Assembly: GCF_009914755.1 (NCBI RefSeq)
Contig: NC_060942.1
Origin: the human T2T-CHM13v2.0 reference genome, Homo sapiens
Length of the DNA stretch: 64,000 nucleotides
Reading direction: 5' to 3' (one strand)
In this document: positions 1 to 13,450 of the stretch, one piece after another
How positions within the stretch are numbered: position 1 is the stretch's first letter
Layout of the letters: every line of letters begins with the position of its first letter
Translations under genes and position numbers: made by a program
The notes under the pieces: generated by a model
What the model was told of the DNA's origin: nothing
Databases searched by the model: none
Seen by the model: the letters and a program-made list of their open reading frames with translations, nothing else

Positions 1-49
1 ACATTGTCATTATTTATATGATGTAAGATTTTGTTTTCCATAACCAAAG

Positions 50-1415
50 TGTAGATCTGGGTTTGGTGGTGCTCAAAGCATAAACAATATGTCCCTCATT
101 AATTAAGAAAATCTAAAACTATGATTGAAAAAGTACATTTAAAAGCATTATTTCTTTTGAGAAATCACAACAAATAAGAAATCTCAAAAATCAAGTAAAT
201 ACCATTATCCCAAAATCTATAGAAATTGCATATTTTTACTAATAGTCAGATGTGCCTCAAAATACTTTTGTCCTTTTATGTTTTTGCTGTATACTCTTTG
301 CTCATCTTTCCATATGACGAATTTGTAATATTTCCTATAAAATGAACAAAATTATAACTCAGTCTACTTTCTAGAATAGTCAATGGATTTTTTATAGCCA
401 GAAAAGTTCCTTGCAGTTTCATAATTTGCTATTGATTACAAACTTTTAATTTGATAAATAAATTTATTGCATATTTATTAAATTTAGGATAACATTTATC
501 CAAATAACAAGCTATAAGATATGAGAGCATTTTAAATTTCTTCACGCCATGATTAAACTCTGCTTTAAATGAAAACGCATGTTAACCTGTTTGTCATTTA
601 TGTTTCATTTGCTGCACTGGTGGCCATTTTCCTTTCAGTTTTATCTGGAGCCCTCAGACATCAGGCCAAGATATGTCACTATGTACACTAAAAAATGATT
701 TAAAGTGTGACTTCCCACACAGACCTACTTGCTGCTGGTAGCATTGATACAGATTAATTCTCTACCCACATAGAATTTCTATTTCACATGATTCCAACTA
801 GAAATGTTATAAATTAATACAGTGCATTTAAAACTGTATATACTGCATATTGAGTGTATTTCTGATGTAAGAAAACATGCATTTTTGACTAGGTGTTGAT
901 AGAATGTTTCATAATTCTAAGGATTTTCAAGGACTAGCTTCTAGCTCTATCTTTGTCAAACCTTGTACTCTTTTGCTACCAGGGCACCTCTGGTGCTTGC
1001 TCATTTTCATTGTCATATGTCCTGTGGCTTTACAACATTGTAACTTGGCACTGGGTATAGCGGGTGATAGGAATAAGTTATTGCTACCATAGTCCATGGA
1101 AATGACAGTGAGTCACATGAGTATATCTTATTAAACCCCAACTAAACATTATTTCCAAGTAAGCTTCCCTTTAGCCGGTTCCCAAAAGTGGTTGCAGTTT
1201 TTCAACAGAAGAAAAAAAATGTCAGAAGGGAAGCTGAAGTAGAGATGGAAGTCCTAAACCATAGTAGTTATATCCGTTGTTTGTAAATTTTAAAATATAT
1301 GAACATGTGAACACAATGCTAGGACCCCCTGGCCCTGAAACACAGGCATACACACCTGCCTTGGAAGGTGCACGTGCAGAGGAGGGATCCTAAATCTAAT
1401 GCTCATTGACTTCAG
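50..1415 (-). mobile_element. hAT-Tip100 DNA transposon relic (Zaphod-like)
   Basis: Right end (catgtgaacacaatgctaggacccc...ccttggaaggtgcacgtgca...gctcattgacttca) and left end (gatctgggtttggtggtgctcaaagcataaacaat) resemble the two termini of the Zaphod consensus as recalled; boundaries approximate. Confidence 0.65.
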
Positions 1416-1499
1416 ACAGTTGTTTTATTCCTTGTGTTACTTTTAAATATATTGTGTGTTCTTTACTTGTTCTTTTACTAATTTATCCATTTGCTTCTA

Positions 1500-3040
1500 G
1501 ATTGGATGAATATTACTTTTAGTTTTTCTTTTTTCATAAGACACAATTGTCTGAACACTTAATAGCCTGAAAATATCGATCTATCAAATGCCTTTGGACA
1601 TACCTAACAGTTTTAAATGAAAAGAAATTTTCATTCTTTTGACAATTTTCTCATTGTCAAATGAGAAAAGAAATTTTCTTATTGATCATATTGAAAATAT
1701 GAACAATGTACACAGTACTCTACCATCTTCTAACTTTGAATGTTGCTGTGGAGAAGTTTAGAGCCAGTCTACTTTTTCTGCCTTTACAGGGGAGATGATT
1801 TTTTAATTTTTTTGGCTTATATGCCATTAAGATTATTTTTTTACATTTGAAGTCCAATAATATTACCAGAACATATCTCTGGAGTGATACATATCAATTT
1901 TCCCTGGGAAATAATTTCCCCCATCAATTTTTAGATTTTAGGCTTTATTTTTCACCTGGAAATTTTCTTGAGTTATATCTTTTTTTTCTCATTTATTGGT
2001 TGTTTTTCTACTGGGGTACCAATTATGCTTATATTCTTTTACTTTGCCTATCTTTCATATCTGTCTTTACAACTCCAGTCCTTTTCAATTGTGTATTGTA
2101 AATTTAATTTTAATCTTCCTTTTAGGCTTATTTTTATCTTATTGGCTGTGATTTGCATAGTACTCATTCTCCTGTGTTGAAATTTCTATTTTTTTCATTT
2201 CATTTATATTTTCCAGATCTTGCATAAGATATTAAATTTATTTGTTATTTTAGTATTTCTTTCTCAAAACCATTTATCTTTTCATGGGCTTGTATTTATA
2301 CTGAGTATTTATTTTGTTAAAATCTCTGGACTTGTTCGAAAATATATTTTTATACATGTATCTGATTTTTGGAATAAAATTAGTCATATTCTTATCTTTT
2401 CAATGAGTTACATTCGTCTATCTGTTCATTAAAATCATGCTCTTATTAATTCCTGTGCACATGTGTCTGACTATATAGATGAGAAAGATAGAGACTGAAA
2501 CCCGTAAACACTGATCGAGAATGAAAAAGTCAGAGAAAAAGAGTTAATCTACCACTTTTCCTCAATAACAAAGTGGGGCAGCTATGAGGCTGCTGACAAA
2601 AGCCCAGTCTCTCTTAGACCTTGCTGCAGTGACAGGCAGAGCTTTCAAAAATATCACATCAGTGAACTATATCTTTCTCTCTCCGCGATTTTATAATGCC
2701 AAGTGGGGCTCCAAGAATCTTCAGCAGTCAGCCTGTGTACTCCAAAACCTCTTATTTCAAATACAAAGCTTTTATTCCAGTCATCATTGTCCCATTTCTG
2801 GAGAGAATGCTCTGTTCTTCAGCTCTCTTTATAATGCATGGTCATAGGTAACCCCTGACAGTATCTGTTCTCATACAACTCACCCATTGCTAAGCATATG
2901 ATAATCATTTCTCCTACATTGTGATTTGGATTTACAGATTTCTCCTAGATTCATCACACAAATATATTTTTTATTTTTATTGTTTTCATTTGTGGTGGGG
3001 CAGATATATTATTTCTCTGCCATAATAAAACCAGAATTCT
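1500..3040 (-). mobile_element. Highly decayed ancient L1M fragment(s)
   Basis: T-rich strand bias and antisense L1M-like motifs (ttgctgtggagaagtttagagccagtcta; tctgccat...ccagaa near 3016-3036); subfamily and limits uncertain. Confidence 0.4.
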
Positions 3041-3798
3041 AAGAATTCTAAGTATAATTTATTTTTGGTAACAGCCAAAAAACTCTTCTCTATAACAATA
3101 TTCACAAGTAAACCCATGCCTTCCTATATTCTATTTATCTGAGAGCAACTATTCACTTGATCTTCTCATTCATTTTGCAATGACTGCTGAGAAAATATTA
3201 AAAAGTTTTAGAGGTTTTTTTTTTCTTTTGGCAGTATTACTGTGGGTCTAAAGTAATCCAGAATGTCTATTTTTTCATACTCTTTTATGTTCTACTTACA
3301 CATTTTAATTTTTATTAAGATCTTTCTAAAAAATCAGATAACTTTTTGCACATTAAAAAAGTTTGATTTTAGTCAAATATGAAAAATATTTTTTAAGTTT
3401 GAAATAAGCAATGTTAAGAAACTCTCAGAACTGTTATTCTGTATTCAAATTCAATAGTATCTTTGCTGAGCAAGAACAATGAAGATTTGAAGCATTTCTG
3501 AGGAATCTCCAGTACTCAATTTAAAAATAAGTGGTTAGATATGTGGCACAGGAAATCTGGTATTCATTTATTTAACATTTACATGCAAAAAGTACCTAGA
3601 ATAGTGTTTAACTTACAGTATTTGACCAAGACAAGTTTGTCCCTTTCCCCACTCAATGAAGCTTGGACCAAACTTTTATCCTGGAAGGTAGCAGTGAGAA
3701 TGAAAAATGCAAGAATTATATGATATTGTCTATAAATTATTAGGCATCAATGTAATTAAGGAAATCTGTAAAACCAGCAAGAATAGGGAAGACAAAAG

Positions 3799-3857
3799 GG
3801 TATTTTCTGTTTCTTCTCTCATACTCAAGGTATTTTCTGTTTTTCTCTCATACTCAA
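3799..3857. repeat. Tandem duplication, about 30 bp x2
   Basis: ggtattttctgtttcttctctcatactcaa followed by ggtattttctgtttttctctcatactcaa. Confidence 0.95.
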
Positions 3858-5040
3858 CACTTCAACAGTCTGTCTGTACCAAATCTCTAAGATCTCCGTC
3901 CTGTGTAACAATTGCCAATTCACAGGCAACATGAGGGCTGATGCTAAGAAGACCTGACAGCACAGAGCAGAAAAGCACGAAAAGAATCCTATGCCCCTGA
4001 GTGGCCCTCTGGACATAGACATTACAAGGTACAAAAATGAGGTCATAGAGCATAGAGCAAGGAAGCAAGGAGCAGTTTCCCTGGAGTCAGTGGGAAAAGA
4101 AATAAAGCAACTATCAGAACAAAAGGTGCTTCTCTGTTGGCTTACATGTGATGACATGATAATTTTTATTATAATTTAATGTCATTCCTAAGCTCACATT
4201 GCAAAGAAAAAAAGATGTACCTTTGCATAATACATATGTTTATCTGATATACTTTTTTATCTGATATACTCCCTTCTTTCCACTACAACCCCGTTCTCTT
4301 ATAAAAGACACTTACTCAGTTCCAATTATTTTAGTGGATGTGTTTTACTAAACACTGAGTCTGTGTGAGCAGGACCAATAGTTAGATAAAAGAAGAAGAA
4401 ATACAAGTCTCTTTCAGTGCCAGAAAACACGCAAAAGTGGAAGGTCAAGGTCTGAAAATATCTTCCATGTAGGAGTTTCCATTAAAGAAATGCAGGTGAG
4501 AATAAGCAATCACTATAATACATATTCTGTACTTGCTAATTATGTGGTTTACCATTAGGTTTTTCATCATAAAAAGAACAAAACATAAAAAAAATAAAAT
4601 TTAAAATTATTCATCTTCTCTTCAGTGAGTTTACAATCTATCTGGAGGGTCTAGGCTAAAATATTCTAAACAATGTTGGGTAACTATTTCTCAGAATTCT
4701 TTGATAGTCATACACACATAAATGAAGTAATTATTGAAGTGAGCTTAAAATTAATAGACACATTGCATTTAACTATTTGGTGACACTTTTAATGACCATT
4801 GTTATATAATCAGAGAATAAAGGACTTCTAAGTAGTTTGGCTATTTGGATGCAGTAACCTTAATAACCCAGATTTATTAGAACTTCTAAAGAACAATAAG
4901 CCAATTAAATGTTACAGATTTTTGCTAATATAAGTCAAATGACTTAGATGGAATAAAAGTAATGATAATATGTTATATAAATAGATTTTATCTCTGCCAG
5001 TCCAACCAATGCAGTGACTATTATTATCTAAATAGTTTAA

Positions 5041-8000
5041 AAGAGAAGTGACATCAGCAAGATGGCAAAATAGAAGCTTTCTACCATCATCTTTCCAAAG
5101 TACACAGATTTTGACAGCTACTCACTGAAGAAAGTGCCTTTTTGGGAGTCTGGGATTTCAGCAGAGAAGTTCCAGTACACCACTGGAATGAAAAAAATCT
5201 AAGAATAGACACATTGGAAAGGGTAAGAATAACAGTTTCACTTTCCCCATGTCACCTATCTCCTCAGGTGGCACAACCCAATGCCAAGAGATAACCCTTT
5301 AACCTGTAATTTCCTCCATGGGAGAAAATACGAGCATTGAGGGTGAGCTCCTGTCTTCCACAGCTTTGCAGATTCTACCCAAGAGGAATACCTCTTTCTC
5401 AACCTATCCAGAATATTAAGGAAATTTTCATGGCTGCATGGCCGCTAGAGATTGAATCAGGGATATGAGGAAGGGACTCACAGCAGTCAGGTCATGGAAC
5501 TCAAAAAAGGGTTGCATATCTTACCAACTACTTCGTAAGTTGTACCAGGAGGCCCACACATGATCCATTTGATTTGACTTGCCTGTGGACCCCTTAAATG
5601 GCCACAGACTCTCCTGACACACATGTTCCTCCCACCCATGGATGGCAGGATTTTCTCACATGCCCGCATATGGTAAGTACAAGCTTTTGCAGATGGCCCA
5701 TAAGCACATTGCCGTCACTCAGCTAAATAATGATATTAGAAGAAGGTAGAAAAACAAACATTTAGGGCACCTAGGGAAAATAAATGAAAGGTTCTCAAAA
5801 CCACGCCTCATTTGTGGGATTCAGAAAAGACACAGAATCTCAAGAACTCTCCTCTTTCTCCCAGAAGGAATAAGAAGAGTGGAGTGAGAAGATTCATAGA
5901 AAAGGACAAGGAGAGTCATATAATCCCTAGACAGGCTGACTGGTAAAGGTTTTTCCTTCCCAAAACCAGTCAGTAAAGACGAAGGAGGTGACTGTATCTT
6001 CAAATATAAAGATAGCAACACAAAACTTCAAGGAACACATACCAAGAAACAAGAAATGAAAGGCAAGAACAAGAAATAAAAGGCATCCAAATCACACAGT
6101 AATAACTAAATTGTCTCCCTTTGCACATGACATGATGTTATATATATAAATCCCTAAACACTCCACCAAAAATACTGTCTGAACTAATAAATGAATTCAC
6201 TAAAGTTGCAGGATACAAAATTAACATACAAAATACAAAAGTCAGTTGCGAGTCTATACACTCACAATGAACTCTCTGAATGTAAGTTAGGAAAATAATT
6301 TCATTTATAACAACATAAAAAACTTAGAAATAAATTTAACCAAGAAGTTGAAAACTCTGTACTCTGAAAACTGAAAACAATAATGAAAGAAATTGAAGAC
6401 AAAAATAAATGAAAAGATATCTCATGTTTATGAATTTAAAGAATTAGTATTGTTAACACGTTCATATTACCCAAAGTGATCGACATATTCAATGTAATTC
6501 CTGACAAAATTCCAATGTCATTTTTCCCAAAAATAGTAAAACACCATCCTTACATTGATATGAAACCAGAAAAGACTTCAGATAGCTAAAGCAATCTTAT
6601 GTAAGAAGAGCAAAACTTGAGCATCACACTACCTGATTTCAAATTTTATTACAAAGCTATAGTAGTCAAAACTGTATGCAATTGGCACAAACAGATAAGA
6701 TATATAAACCAACAGAACAGAATAGAAAGCCCAGAAGTAAACCCACAATATATGGTCAACTAATCTTCCACCAAAAATGCCAAGAATACAGAGTGAAAAC
6801 AGAATAGTCTCTTCAATAAATGATGTTGGGAAAATTGAATATCCACATGCAAAACAATGAACTCAGAGACCCTTATTTCATACCATAGCACAAAGAAAGC
6901 AAATCAAAATGGATGAAATGCTTAAATATAATACTTAAAATTATAAAAATCCTAGAGGAAAACATAGGAGAAAACCTCCTTGAAATTGGCTTGACAATGA
7001 TTTTTGAATATGATTCCAAAAACACAGGCAACAAAAGCAAAAATTTTAAAAATGACGTTACATCAAATTAAGTTTCTTCACAGCAAAGGAAACAATCATC
7101 AAAATCAAAAGGCAACCTATAGAATGGGAGAAAATATTTGCAAGCTCTATGTTGGCTAAGGGTTAATATTCAAAATAGACAACTCATACAACGCAATAGT
7201 ACAAAAACCAACCAAACAAATAAAATAATATTATTGTGAATAATAATAATAGAAAAACATGATTAAGAAATTGGCAAAGGGCTTGTATAGGCATTTTTCC
7301 AAAGAAGACATACAAGTGGCCAATAGACATATAAAAAAGTTTTCAACATCACTAATCATCTGATAAGTGCAAATTAAAAACCACAATGAGACATCACCTT
7401 ACACCTGTTAGGAAGGCTATTATTAAAAAGTCAAAAGATTGCAAGTATCAAGATTGTGGATATAAGGAAACCCTTGTATCTGTTTATGAAAATATGAATA
7501 GGTATAGTCATTATTGAAATACTATGGACATTTCTTTAAAAATTAAAAATAGAACTACCTATAATCCAGCCATTCAACTTCTGGGTATATAGCCAAAGAA
7601 AATAAAATCACTAGCTTGAAGAGATACCTGCACTACTAGGTTCATTGCAGCATTATTCAAAATAGCTAATATATAGAAACAACCTAAGTGTCTACCAAAA
7701 GATGAATGGATAAAAGTAATTGGGTATGTATATTGAAATATTATTCAGTCTTAAAAAAGAATAAAATCCTTCCATTTGCAACAGCATGGATGAACCTGGA
7801 GGACATTATATTAAGTGAAATAAGCTAGGCACAGAAAGACAAAACTGGCTAATGTCACTTATATGTAGAATCAATAAAAATTGAACTTACAGACACAGAG
7901 TAGAATAATGATGACCACATAGTGAAAGGTGGGGTAATGGGGAAAAGGTTGGTCAAAGGGTAAAAACTTTCAATTATAAGATGAGAAAGTTCTGGAGATA

Positions 8001-8247
8001 TAATATAGAGTATGATGACTATAGTTAATAATGATGTATACTTGACATTTGCCACAAGAGTATATCTTATGTGTTCTCACCACACATACAGAAAAAGGGA
8101 TAACTGTGAGATAATAGATATTTAATTAGCTTGACTGTGGCAATCATTTTGCATTGTATATGTATACCAAGGCATGTTGTATACTTCAAATACATACAAT
8201 TTTTATTTGCCCATCATACCTCAATAAAGCTGGAAAGAAAAAAGAAA
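5041..8247 (+). mobile_element. L1MA (L1MA8/9-like) LINE: 5'UTR joined to the 3' half of ORF2 and 3'UTR
   Basis: 5' motif gtgacatcagcaagatggc; decayed ORF2 from about 6065 (aagaaataaaaggcatccaaat, tttgcacatgacatgat, aaagttgcaggatacaaaa); old L1MA 3' end catacctcaataaagctggaaa plus A-rich tail. Confidence 0.9.
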
Positions 8248-11200
8248 CAGATATTTGGAATTTTTCATAGTTTAGTTGTTGGAAATGACATAAGTGCAGC
8301 AACCATTAAATAAATCCACATCTGCACACACAGACACACACAACCACAAACACATCAGTTAGGAGTTTGCACATAAAAAAATAGAAACAGAAGTTCCAAA
8401 CTCATTGAAAATCTAAAAACTGGCAGTCATTATAAAACAATTTGTAAAAAAATTTAAAAATGTAAAACATTGTGATTAGTTTGAAAGAACAATATATTTT
8501 TTTCTGATGAAATTAAAAGAAAAATAAAATTCTTATAAAATTTCAACCAAACTTAAATAGCAATGAGAAAAAAAAAAGCTGCCTGAAGTTCTCATGTTTT
8601 CTTCAGATAATTTAACATGGTATAGATATTCTTGGAGTTGATACGTGATATATCACATATGTGATATGTGATATGTGATATATCACAACTCCAACATAAT
8701 AACACACATGGCAATAATTTAACTGTGATGTGTATGAAGGACATGTCTCAAGTGACAATTATAGAGTTCCCCAACAGTTTCATGGAGGACTATAAGCAAT
8801 ACACAAAGGGCTTTCTAGTTAAAAAGTATATTCCTGACCCAGCCTGAGATATACAACAGATAAACACATTCTCTCAAATTACAGAGCCTGATCCAATGAG
8901 TTGTTTACAGGTATAAGCTAAGAATATTATCCTTGTGCTTTCTACATTTCTTTGGGAGTGCAAGAAGGAAAGAGAGAAAGGATTAGTGCAAATTGAGCTC
9001 TATTTCTAATTGTAATACAGACTGGATTGCATCACCCTTGATTTTATAAATAATTTGAAAGAAAATGCAGTGACTGCATAATAGCACATCAAATGGATGG
9101 TTGATTAGCTTAGTTAGTTTTATATGCATTTTAGCTATTATTTTCCATTAGAATGGAAGAAACTGAACAAAATTGTCACCATCATGGTAATGCCTGGCAG
9201 ATAGGAACCAAGGAGCAGTCTTACTTGTAATATGCGAAGTCTGAAGAAACTAATAATTAATTCTTCCATCCGATCCCCTATTCTCAAGTCAATATCATTT
9301 CAGAACCATGATTTTTTAAGCATTAGAAGTATGACACATGGGGGACCTTTGATGATCCTCCTGAAGTCTCCCAGTTTGAGATATTGTGTCATGAAAGTTA
9401 CTTTCTGTTTTATCATGTAGGTTATTTGGGGTGTTATATTATGCCTTAGTATCTTGTTCTGGAAATTTTCTGTTAAATGCAATTTATTATTTTTTTGAGT
9501 TTCAGTGTTTCTAGAAAATGGTCCCTCCTCATTCCAACACTTACATAGAAGTCCCTTTCCCAGAAAAAGCCTCTAAGGTTCATGTTGTTAATGTATGTTT
9601 CTTGCTCCTGGTGAACAAGGGACAGAGAAAGTAGTGACTAATATCAGAATCATGAGTGAAGATATGTTTTATTCATAAACTTTGCACCTCCAGTGAAATT
9701 AAAAGCAAAGTAAAGGGTTGAAGCTATGAACCCTTTTTCCTAGAGCCTGTAAACCAATAAAGGCTTTATATTAGCTATCGATATCTATCTCTGAGTTGCC
9801 TTAATAACATCTTATTCCCTGTTTTCACCAGCCATCAATAATATTTCTGCCTGCCCGCTCAGGCCCCTATCTCTGCGTGCAATTGCATTATAAGGGTCTA
9901 TAAGCCCAATTTGCTTCACATTCTTATTTTTGGAAAAGGCTGGCTGGCTTTTGTAATGAGAACAGCTGCCAAGAAGGCTTGACAGAATTTGTGGCCCATC
10001 TGGCTTATAATCTTCACTCAATATCGCAGAAGCCTAAACTCTGAGACCTGCTGATAAGCCCAGGCGTCCAGGCAAGCGATGGCAGCCTTCTCTGTGATTT
10101 CTCATTAAGGACAGGGACATCTCTCTGGGAATCTCTCATATCCTGGATATCATATAATTCCTTTTTTCATTTTCTAACAAATACAAGAAAGTTGTATTTT
10201 TTGCAATATAGTATCTTCATGTACCCAGATATGGGTGAACAGCTGTTTGGAAAATTTTGATTCTTGAGTATTTGAGTTTTCTAAAATATTAGCTACAATT
10301 CCAAAAGAAAATAAAATTTCATTAAATATATCAGAATATATTAACTAATTATTTTAGATTTTAGAGAGGATTCTTTTTTCCATTATATATTTATATACAT
10401 TTTCCATCCCAGTGCTATCTGTGGCACCAGTGGTTTATGGCAAACAGGAATTTAATTAATAGCATAGCCACTGACTTAACCAGCATTGACTGGACTCTTA
10501 GTGGTGGAACAAAGGGGGAAAATGGTAAAGAAACCTCCATTACGGTGCATGGAGAGTATCCTCTTCCTCCTGTAACTTCCCTATTGAGGATGCATTTTAG
10601 AAATAATGTAGTTCCTTTCAACCCCCTCTATCCTGTTTCTGTTTTTTTTTTTTTTTTCTGATCTCTCATAGTGTGTTTATTGTCCTTTGAGATACACTAC
10701 TAAGTATGTCAGAAGAAAAAGAAGATATACTCCCTGTCCCTGGGAGTTTATAACTAGTGGGGCTGAATTTATTGGCTTCTAAACTACTGTTGGGAAAACT
10801 GTTACTTTCTCTAGTATTACTGTAGAAAGGGATTCTATACTCTTGTGGATCTGCCTCTACAAATGCAATTTAGTTTGGAAGATCTGCAAGACTTTATATA
10901 CTATGCTATTTGTCTTCTTTCCCTTGTAGGAATTGCTTTTGCTATATTTCCTGTATTTTACATGCATTTTTTAAAAATAAAATGATAGTGTCAATATTCT
11001 AAACAAAAAAGCTCCCATGGGAAAAAATCTCCACAGTAACTCATTAAGAGAAATTCTGAACAAGGAACATGGCTGGTTACTTGTAGAACAGAAGACTGGG
11101 TCATCCTGGGAGTCAAGACCTATTGTTGGTCAACTTTTTCCTACCAATTATTTAACAAAGGTTGATTAAGCACAGACTCTGCATTGAGTGCTACAAATGC

Positions 11201-12499
11201 CCCTAAGTAATGGAAGTTTACATAGGTTAGAAAAACAATAATCTATTTTGCCAAAAGGAGAGTAATGTCCAAAATGGAGGCTTAGATGTTGTGGTTAAGT
11301 GGATAACTACCCCAATAGCATGCTAATGGAAATATATCAAACAAAACAAATAAACCCTTGAAAAACATCTAGGACATTCATATTGAGGGTAAGTTGGGGC
11401 AGTGGAGAGCCAGCTTGTCCAGAGATAGTGTCCTGCGACCCAGGTATGAATGCATACACGTCAGAGAAAATCTGAGAAAACAAAATGCAGAGCGGATGAC
11501 CCCATGCCCTGAGCCATAGCCAGAAACAACTTCTGGGACGAACCAAGATTTCATCATGTTGGTGTTAATAGGTTTTCTTTGCCATGTATCACCTTTATTT
11601 TCCCAATTAGACTGTATCTTGTAGTTATTAACTCAGTGCTTTTTACTTAGTAGGTGCTTTCAAAGCAGCTGCCAAGTCACTGGTTGTTTATTGAATGTTA
11701 AACAAATGCAGATGGTACAAATTTCAAAGCTCTAGACCTAGTAACTGCAGTGTCCAACTCCAAAGAGTCCTAAGTCACCCACTGTAAAAGAACAGCTTTC
11801 TAATAATAAGTACCTGCAAAGTTACTACATGGTGGTTAGAATGACTCAGACTTTTTAATAAATAAGCTATGCAAATAATAGGTTTGTAGCCACATTATTT
11901 TACATCTGCACAATTTTTATCATGGTCATAGTAGGTTTCACTGTTCTGATATGAACATACATGACAGGGAAATTTTTGAACTAAAGTGAAACGAGAAGAT
12001 CCCGAATGAGGGAGTATGTGAAAGAACGTCTCCCCTTTCCTGCATGTGAGTAAAATCTATCAGCATTTGGCTGCTCGACCTCATGTTCGGGCATTAATTC
12101 CACACTGTATTTCCCAGAAATTGAAGACAGTTAATTGACTTTTTACAACTGGTGTTCAAGCTTTTTTTCTATTTTATGCCCCATGGGAAGAGAAAACTGT
12201 GCTGTTAGTGAGGCTCAGTGGCTTGCCTTAGAAGTGACAAGTCAGTAAACATAAGACTTCTATTTTATAATTTCATGTTCTGATTTCTATAGAAAATTAT
12301 TGTAGTTAAAAGGACTTTAATGAAGATTAGAATTACAGATGTCCCTTACTAGAGTTTTAAATATTGAACCGTCTGCATCACTACTTTTTTCCAGTGATGT
12401 AAATATTCTTAAATTCGTAAAAATAATATGTTAGAAAGGACTTTGGAAAATCATGTTCTTTAACTTTTGTGGGATACACTATAGGATGAAAAGGAAAAA

Positions 12500-12720
12500 A
12501 TGAGTTAATGTAGAGATATATTCTAACATTTACCATGTGTCAACTGTGTTTCAGGCTCACGTTAGACACTTTTATGTTTTTATGTGATTTTATTCTCATC
12601 TCAGAGCTATAAGTCCCATTATCACCATTTTCCAAATGAAGAAATTATAAGGTCTGTGTGCATTATAGGTAGGACCCAACACCATCTAACATAAACATCC
12701 ATATACTCCAACCTCTACTT
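12500..12720 (-). mobile_element. MIR fragment
   Basis: Core-like cattatcaccattttccaaatgaagaaatt; limits approximate. Confidence 0.55.
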
Positions 12721-13214
12721 TTCCAATTAGTATGAAAAGAGGTTTCCTAAATAAGTGAACTTCAGGAACTTAGAGATTAAAATAATAGAAGAACTTATAA
12801 GGCACCTATTGTAAAAGAGTTCAGAAACAAGTCTATTTTGAGAAAAGAGTTACACAAAGCATGGTGGGTACCCTAAGGGTTGTTTACAGATATTCAGGTC
12901 AATTTTCCCTGTAGGTACTTGTCAAATTACAACTCCCCATGCCACTAAAGATAGGATTGCCTGTGGGACTTGCTCCTGCTTATAAAATATAGTAACATGA
13001 GTCACACCTGGCCAGATGCTCTCAGAGGTTGTGCAGACCTTGCCTCCTCCTCTTTTCCTGTGTTTTCCATGGATAGTCATGTGTTGTGAGGAAGCCTCTG
13101 TCCACTGGGTCATTGAGTGAGTATCATGTGTAAAGTCTAGCTTTTTCTGATTCATATAGGAACCATTAACATTTTGCCTTCATGAAACAGGCTTAGAGTT
13201 CAAATAATGCAAAT

Positions 13215-13450
13215 ATGAAGAGCATAGTTTCGGCTCTAGAGAGATTTGTCCTTTAATGCCTGTTTCTGCCACTTCATAACTGGGTGAACATGGATAATCA
13301 ACCCTTTAAGCTTCAGTTTCCTCCCCGATCTTATGGACAAGACAGCAGTCTATTTCATGGGACTGTCTTATAAACTAAGTGTGGTAATATTTATAAATTG
13401 TTCAATTGAGTGTCTGTCACATACCACTGAAGTTTTAGATGTATCATCAT
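13215..13450 (+). mobile_element. MIR
   Basis: cctgtttctgccactt...aagcttcagtttcctc...tatttcatgggactgt; followed by an (ATC)n run. Confidence 0.7.

Noticed and set aside
3825-4179. Overlapping 60-110 aa ORFs
   Set aside because: No recognisable domain, open on both strands, weak splice support.
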